A DNA stretch of 64,000 nt, from assembly GCA_004431415.1 (NCBI GenBank), contig QPMI01000555.1, positions 1 through 64,000 of the forward strand, read 5' to 3'. Positions within the stretch are counted from its first letter, which is position 1, and every line of letters begins with the position of its first letter. Both the position numbers and the translations under genes were made by a program. Source of the stretch: Cyanophora paradoxa CCMP329 (taxonomy: Eukaryota > Plantae > Glaucophyta). The notes under the pieces were generated by a model. The model saw only the letters and a program-made list of their open reading frames with translations. It ran no database searches and was not told the DNA's origin. Below, piece by piece: positions 21,179 to 32,782 of this stretch.

Positions 21179-23438
21179 ATGGCAGCGTCGGCGTCGGCCT
21201 CGCTTTTCTTCGGCGCTCCCGTGTCGCTGGAGGTCGCGGTCGCCCACATCCGCGCGGCGACGCGAGCTGCCGCGGCTGCGGCCGACGAGAGCTCGCGCGA
21301 CGCGACCCGCAACGCAAGCCGCGGATCCTCTGATGATTCCTTCGACGCATCGGACGCAGGAGAAGGTGCGCGCGCTCTCGCTTATCGATATCGTTAAGCT
21401 CGATCGGCCTCGGTCCGGCGCCGAGGGCGCGCGCTTGCCCCGGATCCGGATGTCTTTCGAGAACTGCATGCGACTGCTTCTTCCGCTTTAACTTGTCACG
21501 TTGCCGCCCGCGCGCAGGGGCGGGGGGCTGGCTCGCCCTCAACATGGACGAGGCGGAGGCCGTCCTCGCCGCCGCCGCCGCCGCCGCCGCCGTCCCCGCC
21601 TCCCTCGGGCCCCTCACCCTCTGGGAGGTGCGCCCGCGCGCACGAGCAGAAATAATGTTCTCCGCCTTGCCATTTCGATTTCTGGAGTTTCGCGGCTCGT
21701 TTATTTGATTTGTGGGATCCGGAAATGGGAGCTCGAACTCGCTGATTTTTCGATCTGTCAACGTTTCCTTTCTTTCTGGGTGCAGCCGCAGGGCATCCTT
21801 CTTCAATATGTTGCTGCCCTGTTCCTCGATCGTGTTGCCTTCCTGTGCCCAATTCTTCTCCTCTTTTCTCTTGACATCTGCCCGATTTATATGAGCCCGA
21901 TGCGATCTCTTCTCTTCTCCCTCGATCAATCCGGATCCGTTCTTCCCGCGGCCGTGCTTTTTTGCAGCTGCCTCGAGCGATTTTTGGGCTGTCAGTACTA
22001 TAGCTAGTCCTTTTCTCGTCCGACTAGTCCTTTTCTCGTCCGACAACTCTAGGTCTATTTCGTTTAGCTGCGCCGCTTCGAACTTAAGCTCGGAATCCCT
22101 TCAATTTCCTTTCCTCTTTTCGAATTCTTTCAAATTTCCCATCGGACGATCGCGGTCGATGCTCAATCTGGTCGTCGACGGTTGCGGCCCCGCCCGCGGC
22201 CCACCCCGAGCCACGCCCCGCGGCCAGGCGCCGGCTCGAGCTGCGTGCAGCGTTTTTTCGGTTTCCTTTTCCTTTTTCTGAGGCCTCCGAGCCATTCCAG
22301 CATGCGTATACCTCGCGATCAGCGCCGCTGCTTCTAGATCTCGGTCCTCCTAAGAATTCGCATTTTCGAACAACTCGTACTTCCGCTTTTCGCGTCGTAG
22401 ACCGAGCCTCGGAGCTCGAGAGCTACATTTATGCCTAGACGCGCTAGCTATACAGCTATATATATAGCGGTCGAGCTTCGGTTTCGACCGTCGGATGCCT
22501 TGGTGTGAGAGCGTTCGCTGAGTTGCCGTCGGCGTCGCGCAGGAATTCGAGGGCGGCGGCGGCGGCGGCGGCGGCGAGGACGACGCCGAAGCCGACGGCA
22601 GCGCGGGCGGCGCGCCGCCCGATCGCGAGCCGGCGCCCGCACGGGCGCAGCCGCATCCACGGCCAGCTGCGGACGCTCGCGCCGGAACCGAAGGTGCGCG
22701 CGGATGCACGCCCCGCCCTCGGCTCGCGCTCGTGCCAGCGCTCGGCTCGGCCAACGTGCCCGGCGGTATCGCGCGCAGCGGCAGGCGGAGCGGGTGATGC
22801 GGCGCCGCGCTGTCGCGAAGGCGAGTGGGGCAGCTCCGGATCCTCGAGCTCGAGCCCCGCCCTGGTCAGTGCGATCGCAATCGGGGACGATTGCGAGATC
22901 TAAGAGTGGCCCCGGCGCCGGCGCCTCGCCTCGGATTCGAATTCGATCGCGAGCTACGAGCCGCCGCTGGTCACAGATCGGCGAGAAGCGGTGGCGCGTC
23001 GGCGTCCAATTAATTCACTTAACTTAGTAAGCTTAATAATTAGCTCCCGTAAGCTTGCACCCCGATCGAGCTGCGGCGCCGGCGCAATGCGACCGAGCGC
23101 CTCTGACGCCTCCACGCCTCTGCGCAGGCGTACGTGGCGTTCAAGCAGCACGCGGCCTTCCTCCTGGAGCCGGCCCCCGACCCGGCGCCCGCCCCCGCCG
23201 CCTCAGGCCCCGGCCGCGGCCGCGGCCGCATGGCCCACTGCCACGTCCCCGCCCCCGTCCTCAGGGTCCTCTCCCCGCTCCCGCTTTCTTTCCCACCGCA
23301 TCGGCGCCTCGTGATCGCGTGCGGGGGCGGCAGATCGACGAGGCGGCGGCGCGGGCGGCCCTCGCCGGCGTCTGCCGCGCCCTCGTCATCCCCCTCGACC
23401 CGCCCTCCATCGGCTGGCACCTCCTCCTCCGCCGCTAG
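21179..23438 (+). CDS. Orphan gene A, copy 3
   Basis: Same exon structure as copy 1. Confidence 0.55.
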
Positions 23439-23719
23439 CCCGCCGGCCCCGCCCCGCCCCACACCCCTTCCGATCCGATCGTGATCGTGATCATGGCCGC
23501 CGCCTCCGCCCAGCAGCCGCGACATAATGCGAGTTCCGTCGCCTGAATCAGAGTTGCCAGCTGACGTCGACTGTTATTTGATATCGATTTCCATCAAAGT
23601 AGACCCCTATATTATAACGCAGTTGCTTTGAATTCTATAGCTACATCTTTCAAATTTGAAACTGACCTTGTTAGCTTTATACTGCCTTATTATTGCCGAG
23701 TCGTAGTGTGCGCACTTAC

Positions 23720-24410
23720 GCGTCATCAAGCAGAACCGACTATGACAAGATCATGGTTCGAGCCCCGGCGGGGCGGTTTCTGGGCGCACGGCCCACCGTA
23801 CCCCCATCCAGGTCGAGATGCTGCTCTGGATCGCCGTGAACGGCTGCCTCGGCGGCAAGTACGGCCTCCCCTGCGGTGCGCGCCGGCGTATCCCTACCCC
23901 CATGAAAACCTCCCGTACCCCCCGAGCGCCGGCGCAGGCGTCATCGCGCGGGAGCACCGCGAGGAGCTCGACGAGCTCACGATGGAGCTCGCCGGTGAGG
24001 GGGATACGCCGTTCTCACTCCGCGCGCCGTACCCCCCCCCATCTCAAATGACGCCGTACCCCCAGGCGTGGCGGAGGAGGCGCTGAAGCTGAAGCTCGAC
24101 CCGGGCCTCTGCCAGCGGCTGGGTACGCCCTCCAGCTAGCCAGCCAGAAGGCTCCGGGCCGCCCCGACGCTCACTCCCCCCCCTCCCCCCTGCATTCCCC
24201 TCCCCTCCCCCCTTCGCCCGCAGTGGACTACTCGGGCAGCGTCTCCCACTTCATGTGCTCCGTGAAGGTCCGTACCCCCCCCCTCCCCTACCCCTCCTCC
24301 CCCCCCATTTTTCGCCGCAGGAGTTCGAGTGGCGGAACGGCTGGTTCGTGAAGCAGGACACGAGCCCGCTGCACATGCAGTACCTCCGCGCCCTCGGCTT
24401 CGTCAACTGA
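23720..24410 (+). pseudogene. At1g16080-like 3' fragment, copy 3
   Basis: Same exons ending EFEWRNGWFVKQDTSPLHMQYLRALGFVN*. Confidence 0.8.
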
Positions 24411-25452
24411 GGGCGGGGGTGGCCATGGGCCGGCTCGCCCGCGGCCGGCTCGCTCAGCTCAGCGGCTCCTCGCGATCGCTTGATCGCGACTTGTTTCTCT
24501 CTTTTCAATGAAACTCCCCATGTATGCACGGCCAATATCAATTGCATTGAATTTCGCAACCCGTCGCCGGGCCGTCGGCGCCGTCGCTAACATACCCGCG
24601 GCAGCCACGCGCGGGCCGCGGCCGGGCGCGAACCGCGCCGGGTCGCCGCCGGCCCGCACGCAGCGCAGCGCGCGCACGCGCACTGCGCAGCGCGGCCGCA
24701 ACTTGCAATTGCAAGTTGCAATCGGCAATATTAATGGTCGCGATCGGCGCCCGGCCGGCACGGCCGCAAGTTGCAATTGGCAAGTTGCAAGGGAAATTAC
24801 AGAATCATGATTAGAACACTGAGAACAGTAATACAGATCGTGATCATGACTCAGTGATCACGAGGAGCCCCGTGCGATGGAAAGCTTCAGTCGCGTCGAT
24901 CGGGTACCCCAATTTATTTTCCATTTCGCGACGACTGTAGCCCCCCGGCCCAAATTACTTCCCCCGGGGCCGGCGCCATGGCCATGGCGCCGGCCAAATT
25001 AAAGATGTAGATTTAGATCGACCTCGAGTCACCGAGTTCGCACGCCGATTCTCTCCGATTCCGGGCCCCGCGGCCGGCCGCGGAGGCTGCGGAGCCCCCT
25101 AGGCCTCTAGATCTAGATCTCGATCTAAGCTCCCAAAGCCTCCCATATGCATATCTTCTGTGATGACGCGATCGAGCGCAGCAGGTCGACGTGAGCGCAG
25201 CACGTCGACGTGTCGACGTCTGCAGCTGCAGCTGCGCAGCTGGCGCCCGGCGCCCGGCGGCCCATTTCGACTAAACTCTGCAATTGGGATCGTTCGTTCT
25301 CCCTGCTCGCTCTTATTTCCCGGCCCCGATTCTGCTTATGCAGCACTTCATTGACGGCGACGCATCGATTTCAGAGGCGCTGATCGCAGCGCCGACATCG
25401 CGCGCGCGCGTGATTGAGGTCGGGGATGAGCCGGCCGCGGCACTCCAGATCC

Positions 25453-27731
25453 ATGGCAGCGTCGGCGTCGGCCTCGCTTTTCTTCGGCGCTCCCGTGTCG
25501 CTGGAGGTCGCTGTCGCCCACATCCGCGCGGCGACGCGAGCTGCCGCGGCCGCGGCCGACGAGAACTCGCGCGACGCGACCCGCAACTCAAGCCGCGGAT
25601 CCTCTGATGATTCCTTCGACGCATCGGACGCAGGAGAAGGTGCGCGCGCTCTCGCTTATCGATATCGTTAAGCTCGATCGGCCTCGGTCCGGCGCCGAGG
25701 GCGCGCGCTTGCCCCGGATCCGGATGTCTTTCGAGACCTGCATGCGACTGCTTCTTCCGCTTTAATTTGTCACGTTGCCGCCCGCGCGCAGGCGCGGGGG
25801 GCTGGCTCGCCCTCAACATGGACGAGGCAGAGGCCGTCCTCGCCGCCGCCGCCGCCGCCGCCGCCCTCCCCGCCTCCCTCGGGCCCCTCACCCTCTGGGA
25901 GGTGCGCCCGCATGAGCGGAAATAATGTTCTCCGCCCTGCTGTTTCGATTTCTGGAGTTTCGCAGCTCGTTTATTTGATTTGTGAGATCCGGAAATGGGA
26001 GCTCGAACTCGATGATTTTTTGATCTGTCAACTTTTCCTTCCTTTCTGGGTGCAGTCCGACGGATATCACGGATACGTATCCTTCTTCAAGCACTGTTTC
26101 CTCGACCGTGTTGCCTTCCTGTGCCCAATTCTTTTCCTCTTTTCTCTTGACATCTGCCCGATGTACATGAGCCCGATGCGATCTCTTCTCTTCTCCCTCG
26201 ATCAATCCGGATCGATATCCATTCTTCCCGTGCTTTTTCTCAGCTGCCTCGAGCGATTTTCGGGCTGTCAGTACTAGTCCTTTTCTCGTCTCGTCTCGTC
26301 CGCGCCGGCCCCGCTTCGAACTTGAGCTCGGGATCCCTTCGATTTCCTTTCCTCTTTTCTTTCGAATTTCCCATCGGACGATCGCGGTCGATGCTCAGTC
26401 TGGCCGTCGACGGTTGCGGCCCCGCCCGCGGCCCACCCCGAGCCAGGTCAGGCGCCGGCTCGAGCTGCGTGCAGCGTTGTTTCGGCTTCCTCTTCCTTTT
26501 CTGCGGCCTCCAAGCCATTCCAGCATGCGTATACCTCGCGATCAGCACCGCTGCTTCTCGGTCCTCCTAAGAATTCTAATTTTCGAACATCTCACGATCG
26601 TACTTTTCGCGTCGTAGACCGAACTCGAGAGCTGTGTAGAAGGCCGTGGCTAGACGCGCTAGCGTTTGAGCTTCGGTTTCGAACATCGGATGCCTTGGTG
26701 TGAGAGCATTCGCTGAGTTGCCGTCGGCGTCGCGCAGGAATTCGAGGGCGGCGGCGGCGGCGGTGGCGGCGAGGACGACGCCGAAGCCAACGGCAGCGCG
26801 GGCGGCGCGCCGCCCGATCGCGAGCCGGCGCCCGCGCAGCTGCAGCTGCAGGCGCAGCCGCACCCACGGCCAGCTGCGGACGCTCGCGCCGGAACCGAAG
26901 GTGCGCGCGGATGCACGCCCCGCCCTCGCCCTCGGCTCGCGATAGGGCCAGCGCTCGGCTCGACCAACGTGCCCGGCGGTACTACGGTATCGCGCGCAGC
27001 GGCAGGCGCAGGGGGCGTTGCGGCGCCGCGCTGTCGCGAAGGAGAGTGGGGCAGCTCCGGATCATCGAGCTCCGCCCTGGTCAGTGCGATATCGATCGGC
27101 GTCCCGGGTCAAGCAAGCTTAAGCTTTAAGGGGACTACCGCGAGATCTAATTTATAAGAGTGGCGCCGGCGCCTCGGATTCGAATTCGATCGCGAGCTAC
27201 GAGCCGCCGCTGGTCGCGGATCGGCGAGAAGCGGTGGCGCGCCGACGTCCCCGCGGCCGCGCGTCCAATTAATTCACTTGAGCTTAATGATCAGCTCCCT
27301 TGCACCCCGGCCCGAGCTAGCGCTGCGGCGCCAGCTGCAGCCCAATGTGACCGATCTCGAGCGCCTCTGACGCCGACGGCCGCGGGGCGCGGGGGCCCCC
27401 TCTGCGCAGGTGTACGTGGCGTTTAAGCAGCACGCGGCCTTCCTCCTGGAGCCGGCGCCCGACCCGGCGCCCGCCCCCGCCGCCTCGAGCTCCGGCCGCG
27501 GCCGCGGCCGCATGGCCCACTGCCACGTCCCCGCCCCCGTCCTCAGGGTCCTCTCCCCGCTCGCGCTTTCTTCAAATTCCCGGCGCCTCGGCGCCTCGTG
27601 ATCATGACCACGTGCGGGGGCGGCAGATCGACGAGGCGGCGGCGCGGGCGGCCCTCGCCGGCGTCTGCCGCGCCCTCGGCATCCCCCTCGACCCGCCCTC
27701 CATCGGCTGGCACCTCCTCCTCCGCCCCTAG
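25453..27731 (+). CDS. Orphan gene A, copy 4
   Basis: Same exon structure, ends WHLLLRP*. Confidence 0.55.
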
Positions 27732-28556
27732 TCCGCCGGCCACGCCTGTGGCCACAGCAAAAGTCAAAGCTATTGAAAGCCTGTGGCCCCCGCTCATGAT
27801 CAACGGCTAGCACTTCGAATTCCGCCCCGGCCATGGCCAGCCTGCCGCGCCCGCGGCCCGGCCCGCCCCAGCCCTGGCCATGCATATGGGCGCAACCTAG
27901 GCCTAGGCCTAGGCCTGCCGTCCCCGCGCCCGGCCCAGGCCAGCCTGCCGCGCCTGCGCCTCGCCAGCCGGCGGCCCCCGGCCGGCGCCGGCCCCGCCAG
28001 CAGTGCCCGGTGCCCAGCACCCGGCCGCGGACCCATGCATCCGCGGCCTATATATATAGCTGAAGCGCTAGCTATAGCTAGCGCTCGGGGGAGTGCTAGA
28101 TCGATATTATAAATCATTTAATTAACAGTGCTTGAAGTTTTCGATTCGTCGCATGCATTCGAGAGAAAGCTGTAATTATCAATGCTTGCAAGTTTTTCGA
28201 TTCGATGCATTTGAGGGAAAACGTCATCAAAAAAAATGAGTGAAGGGCTACGTCATCGCGATCACCTCTTCTGCCTTCCCTTTAGCCCTTCAGCCCTTCA
28301 GCCCCGCCGCCGAGCGCGCACCCACTAGTACTCCGCCCTTCACCGCGCGCGCGCCAGCTATAGCTAGCTGCTCAACCCGCGCCCCCTCGCGATCGCTACT
28401 GTCGATCGCTCGACCCGCGCCCCCGCTCACTCCGGTCGACGAGCCGCTGAGCGCAGCAGCAGCAGCAGTAAGAGCAGCAGCAGCAGCGCGCCAGCTACCA
28501 GCGAGCACCGCAGACCAGAATCAGCGCCAGAGCACCGCACGCGCACGATCGATACC

Positions 28557-30301
28557 ATGGCTGCGCGCGGCTCTATGATCAAGCCCTATCTCGAGCCCGG
28601 GCGGATGGCGAAGACGGGGGCGCCAGACCCCGCCATCGTGGCGAAGTATCCCGCGAACTTCAAGTCCACGCACGAGAAGCTGACGTGCGGCGATGCGCCC
28701 TGCCTGCTCTTCCTCGGCTCCATCAAGGCCAAGAGGTACTGCAACGTGTGCGGAATCGATCAGCTCGCCGGCTCGACGGTCTACCTCTCCGACCACTGCT
28801 CCGGATCCATGGACGTCTGCATGAAGTGCTACGAGGAGGAGGTGCACGCCCCTCCCGGCGCCGCGATCCCTCGAGCTCCCTCGCGCCGCGTTTGCGCCCC
28901 GTACACATATTTACGACTCTCGCGCGCTTCCGCAGGCTCGCACTGGTCGCGCGACAACAGTAGAGGGCGCCAAGCCCCAGATTCATGCTCCGCCGGCTCC
29001 CAAGCCCGCGGCACCGGCGCCTCCTCCCGCCCCGGTTCTTGTCCCGGCTCCGGCTCCCGCGGCGCCCGCCTCCGCGCCTGCAAGCCACGACTACTCCACG
29101 GGCCTGTGCGACTGCCTCAGCGACACTGAGAGCTGTGCGCACGCATGCGCTCCTCTAAACTTCTCTCGAATTCGTCTCGCTGTTTCTCTATTCCTGACGC
29201 CCTCTGCGTTTAATTTGCAGGCCTGATCACATGCTTCGTCCCGTGCTTCCAAATTGGCTGGACCGGTGCGCTGCAGCTGCGATCCTCGCATTCCGCATGC
29301 ACATCCCTCCGCAGTCGCTGATTGTGATATCGATCCCCGCCCGCAGCTGAGAAAGTGCGTTGATTTGAAGAATTCGAAGGCCGCACGCGCGAAGGCCCTT
29401 CAACTTCGTTTGCTGACTCGCCGCGCCGCGGCAGCTCGACGGGAGCAGCTGCGTGGACGCCGCGTGCGCAAATCCCGCCCCCCCACGCGAGCTCGAGCCG
29501 CGAGCTCGCTCACCGACGCTCGCTGCGCCCGCCTCGTGCCCCGCAGGCTGAAGTCCTGCGTTGCGACGTGCCTCTGCGGCAACGCCGGTCTCTTCGTGCG
29601 CCCCGCGAGCCTTAGCTTCCGAAAAATATTTCCATGGTCTCTGATTTACTCGCTTGCCCCGCGCCGCCGCAGTTCTGTGGGTGCGCCTCGGGAATTTGAA
29701 ATCTCGCGGGCACCCGCTGCGATCGATAGATCGCTATCCCCTCTAAGCCTCCCGATCCGCTCCGGATGCGCAGCTTCGACTGGCGCCAGAAGATCCGCAA
29801 GACCTACAGCCTCGGCGTGCGCACGCGCGCGCCTCCTTCCCTTCGCTTCCGTATCGATACCCTGCGCGCGCAGGAGGACCGCACAATGGACTGCCTGAAG
29901 ATGTGGTGCTGCACCTGCTGCGCGTGCGCTGAATTGTTACTCACGTTCTCGGGCTCCGCTCGAGCTCGCTTAAATATTTATCAATTTCCCCGCCCGCCCC
30001 GCAGCATCGCTCAGGACGCCCGCGAAGTGAAGTGCGCCCTGCCCCGGCCCGAGTGCAATATATACAATATACAATATACAAGTTCTAACCCGCCGCGTGC
30101 AGGAAGCGGACGACGCCGGTGGGGAAGAACCCGATGGCGGCCCCCGCGAGCCCGCCCGCCTTCAACAAGCCGCCCCCGGCCGCCTTCGGGGCGAGCCCCA
30201 GCGCCCACGGGGCCGGCGGGCATGGCCACTTCACGGCCATCGACGTCCACGTCGAGCACGACCAGCAGGCCGCCCCCGCCGGCAAGTTCAACCAGATGTG
30301 A
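28557..30301 (+). CDS. PLAC8 (Cys-rich) family protein with N-terminal ZZ/C1-like Zn finger and Pro/Ala linker, 11 exons
   Basis: YCNVCG...DHCSGSMDVCMKCYEE, then DYSTGLCDCLSDTES|CLITCFVPCFQIGWT|AEK|LDGSSCVDA|ALKSCVATCLCGNAGLF|FCG|FDWRQKIRKTYSLG|EDRTMDCLKMWCCTCCA|IAQDAREVK|KR...; frame holds across ten GTGC-type introns. Confidence 0.9.
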
Positions 30302-31824
30302 TCGTAATAGCCCCCGCCCCCGCCGGCAAGTATGGCTCTTGCTGTTCTCTTCGCGACCCCTTCGAGGAAATTTCTGCGATGCTCTTCATTTTCTCCTCCT
30401 GAATAAATCGGCATTTAATCCCTTTCCATATGCATGTCATTCGAAGAATTGTTATGCATTTCGATCATGATGTGAAAAGCTAAGTAGCTAGATATGTATA
30501 GCGCTAGTGCAATGTTGACTGTAAAGCAGGAAGAATTCCGGTACTAGATGTAGGTGTATTCTTTGTGAGATCAATTAACGTGTGCCAGAATGCTTCCGAA
30601 ATTCGTGCCGCGCGTTTCAAGGCTTATCGCGAAAATTCAGAGCTGTCGGGCCGGCCCGGCGGCCCGGGGAAATATCTCAAGACAAGAATTCCCAAATATG
30701 AGAGAGATTAATCAATACGAGCGAGCGTCCGACGGTCAGCTCCCATAGAGGCACTCCCCACCCTGCGCCGTTCGCGCGAAATGACCCCGGGGCAGAAGCC
30801 CCGCGCGGCCATCTCCGCCAGAACGCTTTCGTACAGCGCAACGGGCATCTGCCGCAGCGCGCGGGTAAATAAGAGGGCTCAGGAAGTGCATGTGCACACT
30901 ATAATTAGTTATCGGGAGGAAATCCTCGCGCGGCGCGCGGCCACCGCGCGAAATTTGCGAAACGTGGTTCGCGCGCCTGCTGGTCGCGCGATAGGATCCA
31001 GATCCAGCGCCGGCTAGGCCCTGAGGCTCCGTCACCTGCGCACTCAGTGAACTGAATTCGAAGCTTCAATTCGAGCATCGGAACCCCGCCGAACTACTAG
31101 GATACTTAGTACTCGTGCCATCGCGCACCACCGCCCAGTCATATTGCTGGACGGCGCCCGCTTTTAAATTCTGGCTCTGAGATTGTCCAGCTCCGAGCAT
31201 CGCGATCCAGTAGGGAACGCTGAACTCCAACGCGTTGCTCTCGCCGCCGCCTCCGGATCCGGCGGGCCCGGGGCCGCCTGCAGCTGATCCGAGGAGGCGA
31301 CTAATTTTCGCGCATGCCGCAAAATTCGCGAACTGCCTTGACGGCCGCGGATTAATTTATTGGCAGTCTGAATAATGAACAAGGCAGTCTTGTCTAACTG
31401 CTGTATGCAGCGAGGTCGAGGGACGGGACAGTTACGGGCGGCTCCGACGACGACGTGCATTCGGCGCCCAGCGCGACTGCGACAGCAGCGCACACTGCAA
31501 TCGCGAGTGCGCGTACGTAGCGCAGAAGCTGCAGCTGACGATCTGGATCGGTAATTCATGTCGGCAGTTGCAGCAACCGGTACATTGCAAGCTGTTCCTG
31601 GATGGGAGCTCGAGAGAACTCTGGAGAGAAAGCTCGTCGAGAGAGGAGCTCTCTATCGATTTATATCGCTCGCGGCCGGAGCGCGAGCTCGCGAGGTCCT
31701 CGATATAAATCGATCGATATCGATCTCGATATCTCAATCGAAATCTCCCCTCGCTTAATTAAGCTTCCGCGCCTCCTCTAAGAAGGAATTCAGCACCACG
31801 CTCTGGGCGCCGCGGCTGGCCCGG

Positions 31825-32619
31825 ATGTCCGCGATGCAGACACCAGCCGCGGGTTCGAACGCTTCCGTCTCCGACTTCGAAATTCGCCAGGCACGCGAAA
31901 GCGATCGAGAGCAAGCGCTAGCGAACGGAGTGCCAGATCGCGAGCAAGTGGAAGTTCGTCCAGGTACGCGCGCGCGCTGTCGTCTTCGCTGTCAAATTCG
32001 CGCGTGGGGCGCGTGAATAGTTTTAATAACCAGCCGGCGCTGGCGGCCTGCGAAACCCCACCGCGAAAAATTTGCTCACCGGAGTTCTCACCGTCCAGGT
32101 CTCACGCGCGAGTTCTGGGAGCAGCAGGAGTATGGAATGAATCCTCGGGACGAGTCTCGCTATGAAGAGGTGCGCTGCTGGTCGTGGCGGCTAACGCTGT
32201 CTGCCCTACGTATATATACTAATTATAATTGCATAAACCACCGGTACCGCGATCGGCTCGCGCTCGAGCTCGCACTCACACCTGGGGCAGGACCAGGAAT
32301 ACACGCGGGCTTGCACGTGGAGCGCGCATCAGGACGCGTTCCCGCTTGACATAGACGCGACGTGGGTTCGTACGCGTGCGCGTGCCCGCGTGATTTCGAA
32401 GCGCGCGCAAGATCGAATCTGCGCATGCGCATGCATCTGACGCTCCACGTGCAGCTGCAGGAGCCGGGACCGGCGGCTGCGGCGGCTGCGGCGGCGAGCG
32501 AGCCGGTGCAGCACGCGCAGGAGCTGGCGCGCGCGATCTTCTCGAGGGACATGGACGCCCTCCTAGACCCCATCTTCGATTTCAACGCCCCAGAGCCCCC
32601 GGACGACAGATACGATTGA
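31825..32619 (+). CDS. Small 4-exon orphan protein
   Basis: MSAMQTP...EVRP|GLTREFWEQQEYGMNPRDESRYEE|DQEYTRACTWSAHQDAFPLDIDATW|LQEPG...DDRYD*; degenerate paralog at ~42010-42560. Confidence 0.55.
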
Positions 32620-32782
32620 TCATGCATATGATTATAATTACATTCAAATTAAATCAATTCGATCTCGATCGTGCAGCGAACTAATTATAAGGCATCGCAA
32701 CCCTACTCGCACGCGTGCAACACGTTATTCGTAATTATAATAAATCGTTTAACCCCTGGCGGGGCCAACCGCGCGCGAGCCC

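Larger units (their letters stand above)
10900..27731. repeat. Four tandem 3-5 kb diverged segmental repeat units (~10.9-14.6, 15.8-20.5, 20.6-24.8, 24.8-27.7 kb)
   Basis: The same ordered blocks recur four times (gene-A ATG at 11230, 16139, 21179, 25453). Unit 4 stops after gene A. Confidence 0.95.
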
